The translations under genes were made by a program, and so were the position numbers. This document shows, one piece after another, positions 10,428 to 19,644 of a stretch of DNA of 20,130 nucleotides. This stretch comes from Zygophlyctis sp. KS116 (lineage: Eukaryota > Fungi > Chytridiomycota). Each line of letters begins with the position of its first letter. The first letter of the stretch is position 1. Location of the stretch: positions 1 to 20,130 of the forward strand of contig BAAFSQ010000184.1 of the NCBI GenBank assembly GCA_054661495.1. The letters run 5' to 3'. A model generated the notes under the pieces. It made no database searches. It saw only the letters and a list, made by a program, of their open reading frames with translations, and was not told the origin of the DNA.

Positions 10428-10654
10428 TTTGAAACTGTTATACTAGTTTACAAGAGAATTATAAAATTAGCATGTTTTTGATTCTGACTCTTGAGATCTT
10501 AGGGGTAGATTAGGGGCTTTCTTGTAGAAAGCTGTAGGTCTATGTCTGAAATACCCCAAGACATTCTGCATGGTAAAGGTTAGTATTGAATATGGAACTA
10601 AGGACAGTTGCGGAAAATAGGAAAAATTTATTTGGAATTGGGAGATCGTGTCAT

Positions 10655-10664
10655 TAACGCGTTA
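10655..10664. promoter_or_regulatory. MCB-like palindrome TAACGCGTTA
   Basis: ACGCGT core within a 10-bp palindrome ending 22 nt upstream of ATG 10687. Function is inferred from the MluI cell-cycle box consensus only. Confidence 0.35.
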
Positions 10665-10686
10665 GCGTGGTTTCTTTGAGTGTGGA

Positions 10687-13164
10687 ATGGGACGAGTAGA
10701 TCCAACTGATAATGAGAATATTTTAATATCTGCGCCTTATATAAAGAATGAAAAGATTGACCGTCATAGCTCTATTGGAGATTTTGTTGCACTAGGTACT
10801 TTAGAAAAGGCTTATTATTAGATATTGTCGGAAACGATACTGATTTTCAGTCTTTTATTTATGATTTAGGACCCGGCGAAAAGATTATACGTCGGTTTGA
10901 TGTTAAATTACGACCATCTGATTGGATGAAAACTTGGTATTATATCATGTGTGTACTTACTCTTGGAGTATGGTGGCTAATGATCCAAATTACTCGATGT
11001 TGCAGACCAAAGACTATTTATAATTTTAAAGCAACTCTGCTCGTAACTGATAAGGGTCGATTGGGAGTTTGGTAATTTTAGTATTGTAATTATTAAGGAA
11101 ATCTGGATCTTGGGGAAGTCGTTCACCTTGCTTTCCACTTTGTTGTTGTGTTAAAGGAAACACTAGTGTTAATTCTTCTACAATAATTTCTTGGTACAGT
11201 ATCAAGGATATCGCACATATCCAACATCATAACGTACTTATTCGTCCATGGATCGCTTTTTTACTACCTTCAGTTTTTGGCTATATGACAAGATGGACTA
11301 GTTCATTAAGAATATTTTTCGGATCTTTTCCAAATCAAGACTTGTTAGATGCAGCTTCCTTTACTCTGCCTCAAACTGTTAGAACAAAATCTTCTATTAA
11401 TGTAGATCACCTACAATCGCTGTTCTCTGTTGTATGGTATTTACAAAATCTAAGTAAGGGAGTAAAGACACTTTTAGTGACAGCTGGAGCAGCTCTCAAT
11501 TTGGTTAATTTTGATGAAAACTTGACTGTAGAGATTTTCAGTTCTAAATATGATGTAAATCATCCTGATAAGGAATTGACTACTGCTACATTTTTGGAAA
11601 TTCAACAGCTTCTTTTGGAAATTAAAGGTGTAGCTGCAGTTGTGAACCCCCCGAGTACTTTGAATCAATTCTTCACGATTGAAAAGGATAAATGTAAAAT
11701 TGTTGATACCCATACATGGAAAGTTAAAATTGACTCTTCAAATGTTCCTTTGGCACCAGGAGAAGTAATTCTAGATGCATTCCCCTTTTATGTAATATAT
11801 TTTTTTGTTTTACACATAGACGAAATGGGAGGTTATAGATTTCTTTAAAGTCTTCTTTACGTTTGGATTGTATTGGCTGTTTAGATTAAGATTTCGTCTT
11901 GCCTTAAGAAATGCTGTGGTTGTTACAAAGGGTAGAATCATCGTTATATCTCAGAATTGGCCAACTGGATACAAAGATCCGGTTTCTTATTCTGTTCGAT
12001 CATTTTTCCTAAATGGATATGAAACTGGATATATGGTTCGAGAAAGAGCCGAATGCTGGGCTGAATTACAGACAAGCTATGGATGTATCGCACTACGACC
12101 GCACTTGGCCAATCCTGCTCCGTGGGATACTCTCCTCTTTGGTAAGCATTTTCCAATTGATTACAATAGGAATGTCCCATAGAACTTATATAAGAACAAA
12201 GGCGTTCCTGTTAAATTTAAGTTTAATTGACACACCCCAACTCTATCAATCTACGGGCGAGGCTGTAAAATCAGAAATTTTTAAAGACATCCCATGCTAT
12301 GGAAATGAAAGTTTAATCCATACCAGCAATAGTACTGGTGTTAGATTCACTGGAACTAGTTTCAATACTCAATTTTGGCAGAAATTATTCCTATCTGGGG
12401 ATAGTCTTTGCGCTTCCAGTGCATCTGTTATTTGTGCACCTTTCTTTTTAATCAAAATGATGTATTCAGCTTTATCAAATGGAGAAGAGAACCTTAAACC
12501 TTATGAAACAAGTCATATTCCTAACTGGGTATACCAGATACTTTCTTGTGGAAGACTTCCTTATTTTGTTAAACAAGAATTGTTTTTGACCACACACCGT
12601 GTGTGGGCTGTAGCTAAACCAATCAATTATCCTTGGTGCTGTACAAAATGCTTTGGAACTAAATATGAGGTAAGTGATTTTTATTAAGAATCCCAGGTAT
12701 ACTTTTGGAGTGGTTTACTTTCCAAACAATTTATAGGTGCAAAATTAACAGGTGAAGTTCAAATTCGAGAATCTATATATAGTCGTTTATGTGGCTGTCT
12801 CCCTGGACAGATATTTGCACCAAATGTAGCACAGAGCTCCATAGCTCTAGGTTATCAGTTTGGTAGCTCTTCGCAAGGATTCCCTATTCAACTATTTTCT
12901 TTCCAGAAAAAGGCCGATAAGGGATTAATTGAACATCCCGACTTCTTTGAATTCAGAAGAAGTATTGGATGTATTCAAACAACTCGAAATACCTACAAGG
13001 AACAACCAGGAATGAAATTCGAGCCTATCAAGCTTGACTTACAGCCACTGTCTGAAAAGGTATGATCTTTAATTATGTAAATGGGATAGGAAGTACAATC
13101 TACTGTTATCGGTCAACAAAAGTATGACGATCCTAAAAAGCTTATACCTGATCTTGGTCATTAA
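10687..13164 (+). CDS. Uncharacterised ~770-aa Cys-rich membrane-associated protein with three internal repeats (PH-fold/bacterial PH-like by motif)
   Basis: Continuous frame after removing introns 10796-10821, 11072-11097, 11792-11819, 12142-12169, 12670-12696 and 13060-13089. If the last intron is retained the gene stops at 13065. Repeats: PGEKI..LTLGVWWL..LLVTDKGRL; PGEVI..FTFGLYWL..VVVTKGRII; SGDSL..LSCGRLPY..LFLTTHRVW. Confidence 0.75.
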
Positions 13165-13298
13165 GAGTGACTTTGATGTTTTGTAAAAATGATTCTGAAA
13201 AGAAGAGTATTGTTTTTGAGAATGATTACATTTTTTAGAATTAGAGTAGACATGTCCGATCATTGTTCAACAACTGCACCTAGCCTAAAGACAATATT

Positions 13299-14472
13299 AT
13301 GTCAAAAGTTTGGGATATTTTGCTTAATTGGGCCATCCAGAGAAAAGATGCTTCATTTTACAAATCTGTCAATAGATCTTCTCGGGAGAAAATACTTTAT
13401 GAAGAAATAACTTTAAAGGAATTTGACAAGTTTAAATCGTTTATTCTGAATTTCTCAAATTCACTAGCTTATTCAAAACTCAAGAGTCTAAGAGTTCAGG
13501 GAGTCGTCAAAGGCCTATATGATGATATTCCCAGGGATTGGATTTCTCTGATCTTACAATTAGATCTAAACGAATTAGAATTGAATTCTTTGGAATGGGT
13601 GGGAGAGTCATTATTTACAAAATTATCATTTCCGACATCTCTAAATTGTCTTACAATTTCTAATCTACCAATCACCGGAAAGACGATTGAACATTTACTA
13701 TCTCTCTCACCATTCTTGACTAGTTTAACTTTGGATAATCTTAGATTTGTGAATGATAACCTCCTACAATGCTTTCCGGTATACATTCCTAATCTTGTGC
13801 ATTTATCACTTGTAGGTGCGTCAATTACGAGTAGAGGAATCTCTTCACTTGTAGGAGTTTGGTCAGTAGAATGCGCTTCTCCTTTGGTAGGTGCAAGTAA
13901 ATCAGGATCAAAAGTATCAATGTCAAAAGCATACAAAAGGACTTCTAGTGGTCTAGTTCATTTACAAACTTTGAATATTTCTGAATGTTTTGGTGTAGAT
14001 GATGTTGGATTAGAGTATTTGGCTCAATCTGAATGTGAATTACGAGAATTAAAAATGCGAGGTATACACCATTTTTTTTTATGTAATAGGATTAAGTAGA
14101 ATTAGTTCGCAAGGAATTAATCGAATTCTAGATAAAAATCATTTGGAAAGTCTAGATATTTCAATGGTTCTTAGTCTTAAAAATCCTTTATCAGCCCAGA
14201 AGAGACTTAAAACTTTAAAAGTATCATCTGGCTCTTTACCTGCACTTTTACATGTAACAAATCTTGCATGTCTTGAAATTTCTATAAATAAGGAAAGCGA
14301 TCTAGATGTGCTCAGTAGAATTATTCTTCAAAATCATTCCTTGGAAAGGCTTGTTTTGGTTGAAGATCATACTCTTGGAATGTATTCTTTGGACTCTTTC
14401 CAGTTTAATCCCTCAAAATTTCCACATATTAATATACAGATTGTATCAAATCAAAAGGGAAGATTCACATGA
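13299..14472 (+). CDS. RNI-like leucine-rich repeat protein, possibly with a degenerate N-terminal F-box, ~381 aa
   Basis: LRRs LTSLTLDNLRFVND, LVHLSLVGASITSRGI, LQTLNISECFGVDDVGL, LRELKMRGLSRISSQGI. N-terminal VWDILLNW..VNRSSREKILYEEITL resembles the end of a fungal F-box. Intron 14062-14089. The start codon is uncertain. Confidence 0.75.
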
Positions 14473-14483
14473 TCACTATATTT

Positions 14484-14834
14484 CTATTTTTTGATACACT
14501 CTAGGCATCTGGATTTTACTGTGGGATCTAATTCTGCATTTTCAATCCAATCCAGGACGGAATGGCTTTTTTTGAAGAATCGATCGGTACTAGGAGCCAT
14601 GTATGGCTTAAGCTTTTACATTAATATATGCATGCTTACATTGCAATCTAGATCGGGGATAATATAATCTCGAAGGCGCCATTTCTCTAAAACAAATGTG
14701 TTTCTCCTTGTCCAACTCCCTAGTCTTCCTGTTCCTTTTCCTTTATAATAATTCTTGTTCCCTCTCTTGGATGTCATGACTGTTCTTGATGCACCTCTGG
14801 TCAATGATGATGAGATTGAATCTAAAATTCCCAT
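14484..14834 (-). CDS. MRPL27: Mitochondrial ribosomal protein mL41 (yeast Mrpl27 family), 107 aa
   Basis: MTSKRGNKNYYKGKGTGRLG..YIIPDL.. | LKPYM signature. Intron 14613-14639; stop at 14484-14486. Confidence 0.92.
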
Positions 14835-15008
14835 TTGATTTTTTCAAGTCTGTGTCAAGGATGTGGCCAAAGTTACCATTACTTGAAGCAGTTGAATTTT
14901 TTTTGGATCTCAATGAATTATTTTTCATGTTTGCACTCGTGTGCCTAAAATAGCAAACTGGCCGCTGTTTTGTGGCGTTATAGCTCTTTAATTAGAATAA
15001 TCTCCACA

Positions 15009-15635
15009 ATGTCAGGAGAAGGATATATCTATAATATAATTTCAAAGATTCAGAGTGCCTGGGCCCCTGAGAATGCAGATCTTTCATCTAAAACTGATAC
15101 TAATTCTGATGCTGGAAAGAAGGATGTTGATATTTCCCCAAAGGATCATAGCTCTAAAGTGTCGCTGGAATCAGAAACTTCCAAAAATGATGAGACATTT
15201 TCTCAGAAAGTGACAAATATCTTTAGCGGATACTATAATTACTATAAATCGAATGATGAGCTCAAATCTGCAAGTGTCAGTTCAGCAGATAATACCTCTT
15301 ACATGAGGAATACTACAGAAAATCAAACTAATCAAAAGGATCTAGCAAATGTCTCAAACATTTTAGGAAATTATTTATTCTCAAAAAAAAAAGAGCCAAG
15401 TAATGATCGGACAGTTCCTAATGACTTACTAGCTGAAATTAAAAACGCTGGAGGTGTGACTAAATTAAACAAAGTTATTCATGTTAAAGAAGAAAAAAGA
15501 ACAGATCATGATCTCACAGCGGTTTTATCATCTGCACTTAATGCTAGAAAGAATGCGATGATTATGGATCCCGAAGGTAATTAACAATAATTTTAAACCA
15601 AAGATGACGATAATTCTGAATGGGATGATAATTAG
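15009..15635 (+). CDS. Small WH2-central-acidic (WCA) protein, putative Arp2/3 nucleation-promoting factor, 199 aa
   Basis: ATG 15009. WH2 NDLLAEIKNAGGVTKLNKV; central helix DLTAVLSSALNARKNAM. Removing the 27-nt intron 15577-15603 adds the acidic tail DPEDDDNSEWDDN* (TAG 15633-15635). Confidence 0.8.
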
Positions 15636-15737
15636 TGATGAATAGCAAATAAATTCATATTAAAATGAACTTTAAAGCTCAAGTGGCACTTTACGCCCAT
15701 TTCCCGTGGCGCTTTGTTTAAGTTTGATCAAATAGAA

Positions 15738-18241
15738 ATGCATGGTCTAAATAGACAACCCCCGTCAGCTCCACTACCTCCTTCTCCTGCAAATGGGGCA
15801 TCAATGCCTGATGTGCCAAACTGGAACTCGCATCAGGTATGTGAATGGCTAGAAAAAAGTAACTTTGGTCAATTTGTGGAGCTTTTCTTAGCTCATGATA
15901 TTACAGGCGATGTATTGATTGACTTGAATTATTCATTGCTAAAAGAGATCGGAGTCACTCTAGTAGGCGATCGAGCAAGAATCTTAGCAGCTATTAAAAG
16001 GAATTTGAAATCAGGGAATACTTCAATAGTCACTGACACATACAGTCTTGGGCCTTTAAGTCCTAAATTGGAAGAAAGAAGACCACCGCAAATGAGTTCT
16101 CCTGAACGACCTCAAAAGAACCGTTTCCCTGGCATGAGTCCCGGTTCACCAGATGCACCGGAATCCGATCATATTGGAGTCACAAGAATGGATAGTAGAA
16201 CCCATGCCTCTCCAACTATTTTTATGGGAGATGGAATATCTCCTACCGGCGGAAAATCCTCGCCTATGGTGAAAAATAGAAATAATATGTATCCAAGTTT
16301 AGCTCCACGTTCTTCATCAATTAAAGAATCAAAGCAATCACCATCATCGGCTAAATCTGATTCAGGTGACATTCATTCAGTCAGATATGTAAGTATTTTT
16401 TCAAAATTAATTTCGATTGCGTATTCTGATTTTTAGAAGATGGCAAGAGTGCAAGGAGTAAATGGACAATGGAATACTGCTAATCTCTCAGGAATAGCTG
16501 ATGGAGCAGCTATAAGAGAGCGAATATTTAGGTCTTTTGCCATTGATAGCTCGGGAATGGTTGATTTTGTTTTGCTCCGAAAAGAGATCACTAGCGAAGG
16601 AAGTGGTATATTTACAATTCTTAATAATTTGCTAGTTTTATCCGAGCCTAGTGATTCTGAATTAAGCCGAATAGTAAGCAAAAGCAATTACAGTGATATC
16701 CAGCTTCAATTTTTGATCAAAAGAAAAGCAGATTATAATGATGGATCATTCAGTCCTAAGAATTTAGCGGGGACAGAAGGTAAATTTACAGCTTATAATT
16801 ATTAGATGTAAAAAAGAACTCGGATAGGAAATTACAGAAGTTACTGGGAGAAAATGCCTATGGCGAACCTAAACAAATCCGGTATTCAAACAAGAGAATG
16901 ACAGATCATTCATATGCTGGTGATAAAAGATCCATTATGTCAGCAAGATCATCAAAGCTTAGTAGATTTTTTGGTGATAGACCTCCGGACGATATGATCA
17001 TGGATCAACTCGAGGAGTTTTTCCCAGGATGTATTGATGGTGAAACTGAAGAAAGGAAATCTATCATCAGAGATAAAGTACAAAGTGCAATATTATCCAA
17101 AAGAATGTCTAGAGCTTCAGTTCGACAGTCAACCATGGCTGCGCGAGTTAGTAGAATTGTTCCTCATAGGCCAGAGTCACGAGATAGCCGAAAATCTTCA
17201 ATTGATAGAATAACTCCAAACCTATATGGATCTATATCTTTGGCAGATCTTAAAGATAGATTTGAGAAGGAAACGCCACCAGAGCCATCTTCACAAGGTC
17301 CACCAAGATGGCAAAAGGGCTCTCTAATTGGTCAAGGAGGATTTGGAAAGGTTTATCATGCGTTAAACATTGAGACGGGTGAAATTATGGCAGTAAAACA
17401 AGTTTTATTGGGCCCTGAAAGTAAATCCCGTAATAAGAAAGAAGAAGCTTTGCAGAGAGAAATAGATTTACTGAAGGATCTAGATCATGAGCATATCGTA
17501 CGATATCTAGGATCTGAATCAACGGAAACATCTTTCAATGTATTTTTAGAGTACGTTTCTGGTGGATCAATTTCCAGTTGTCTCCAAAAAAATGGAAAAT
17601 TCGAAGAAGAACTAGCCCAGACATTGGCTTGCCAAATATTGTATGGATTAGAATATTTGCACGAACAGAATATTATTCATCGTGACATTAAGGGTGCAAA
17701 TGGTAAATTTCATTTTAATTAATCAACAGTATTGATTGATGCTGATGGTATCGCTAAAATATCCGATTTTGGAATTTCCAAAAAGAATGATTATCAAATG
17801 GCATATCAAAGAGTTACACGGCTTTCAATGCAGGGCTCTGTCAATTGGATGGCTGTAGAGGTAGTAAAAGGAAAAGGTTATAGTGCTAAAGTCGATATAT
17901 GGAGCTTGGGATGTCTGGTTTTGGAAATGTTGACAGGAAATGCCCCCTGGCACGGAGTCCAAGGAAGTATAATTTATCTTTTGGGGACTGGAAACCCCCC
18001 TCCTGTTCCTGAATGGCTTTCTCCTCTATCCAAAGCTTTTATTTCCAAGTGTTTTACCATTGATCCTGAAAAACGTCCTACCGCAACGGCGCTTTTATCT
18101 GAACCGTGGACATTAGTTGATCCTTATTCATATGATTTTTCGAAATGGATGAATGAAACGTCAACTAAAGAGGGTGACGAGATTGAGTCTGATGATGGTT
18201 CATATTATGATGACGTTCTAAAAACAAGCTCAACAGACTAA
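15738..18241 (+). CDS. STE11: Ste11-like MAP kinase kinase kinase with SAM domain, ~790 aa
   Basis: SAM WNSHQVCEWL..HDITGDVLIDL..LKEIGV..VGDRARIL; ubiquitin/RA-like segment; FFGDRPP..LEEFFP motif; kinase LIGQGGFGKVY, MAVKQV, HRDIKGAN, DFG, VDIWSLGC. Introns 16389-16436, 16606-16635, 16780-16805, 17703-17729. Confidence 0.88.
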
Positions 18242-18296
18242 TTATTAATGGAAATAAAAGTAGTAGATTTAAATTTAATTTCCACCTAAATTTTAA

Positions 18297-19522
18297 TCAC
18301 CAATCAAAAGTAGGCAGACAATCTTCTCTAAAAGGCCATTGATCAAAAATATGGTCAAATGTTGCAGCCCATGCATCTCGTTTTGTGAGGAAAGCATCCA
18401 GACCAAACATTTTCTTTATAGTAGCAGCCACACTACTATGTTCAAAAATTTCACCATTTTTACCAGAAGATACAACACTTCCTTTTTTAACCCATGGAGA
18501 AATGAGAATTGCGGGAACTCGGACGCCTAATCTATCAAACTTGAATCCTGATTTGCTTAATGCTGAATTATCATCTGGAATCGGTACATTAGTGGGGGGA
18601 GGAATATGATCATAAAATCCACCGTGTTCATCATAGATTATCAAAAGAGCAGTTTCATTCCAAGCAGGAGACGAGCGAACCGCATTATAGACCTGTTTTA
18701 GAAAATTTTCTCCATTTTTAAAGCTATGCGGAGGATGTTCATCTGATTTCAAAAAATCAGGATCTACCCTAAAGATTTATCAATGTCATTGACTTACACT
18801 GTGAAATCCGCAAACTTGCCGGCTTTAGCATCTCTGAAAAATTGACGAAGAGTCCGAAAATGTCTTAAATTCGATGGTTTCCTGAGATTTTTGTATAGCA
18901 CTAAAAAAGGTTCAAATCTAGAAAAGTAGTATTTCCAAGTCCTATTTTTTTGATTTAAAGAGTCATAGATCGTCTTCATTGGGAAGCCCCCTAGGTTAAA
19001 ATTATTATTCCAATATCCATTAGCCGTTGCTGAATGAATGAAATGTCTATTCGGAAATGTAGGCCCTGGGACTGACGCAAACCATCTATCAATAACCAAA
19101 TATTCTCGTGCTAAAGTTTGCAAAATAGGAAGTTTTCCATTCGGATAATAATTCATAACTTCTTCCATAGCCGAATCCACATTAAAGCGTAGTTTTTGGG
19201 CTACTCTGGCTGCATTGAGTGCAAATCCGGACATGGTTGGATTAGAGAAATTTTTAGGATGCATCTTTCCATATATCTGTTCTGTTACATCAGGTATCAA
19301 ATGTCCAGGATTAAATCCATTAATCATTTTGTAATTTGGTTGAGCAACAATGATCGTACCATTAGGAGAGGGATTGCTGGCAATATTTCCCATATCTGCG
19401 AACTGATAGCCGCCTAAAAGAGAATCAAATGAGTGGTTTTCCATGACTATTAAGATTATATGTTTAACGGGGGATGCCGCTAAACAAATAGCCATGAAAG
19501 GAATCAGTGAAAGATAACTCAT
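18297..19522 (-). CDS. Secreted phosphoesterase / non-specific phospholipase C (NPC/AcpA family), ~398 aa
   Basis: Signal peptide MSYLSLIPFMAICLA; motifs VMENHSFD, GPTFPNR, DEHPPH, YDEHGGFYDH, RLGVRVP, EHSS. Intron 18769-18797. Confidence 0.92.
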
Positions 19523-19644
19523 AAATTGGATTGTCAATCTTCTGTCAAGCCACAACTTAGCACGTTTTGGCAAGTAATTGGGAGCTCATCATCGAACCAA
19601 AAATCTCAGATCAAAGCCAAATATATATTCCATGGTGCCTGCAA

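Noticed and set aside
10499-10516. Two TTAGGG(G) hexamers as a telomeric remnant or telomerase RNA template
   Set aside because: Only two non-adjacent copies, with no contiguous 1.5-repeat template such as CTAACCCTAA.
13252-13310. Possible frameshift joining MSDHCSTTAPSLKTI to MSKVWDILL in the LRR gene
   Set aside because: ATG 13299 already gives a plausible F-box-like start. There is no slippery site or independent evidence, and read data would be needed.
15022-15047. AT-rich stretch ending in AAG near the start of the mini-WCA gene as a non-canonical intron
   Set aside because: It has no GT or GC donor, and the frame is open through it with a plausible amphipathic peptide.
2169-19522. Non-standard genetic code or stop read-through to explain the fragmented ORFs
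   Set aside because: All interruptions are resolved by short GT-AG introns, and TAA, TAG and TGA each occur as terminal stops.
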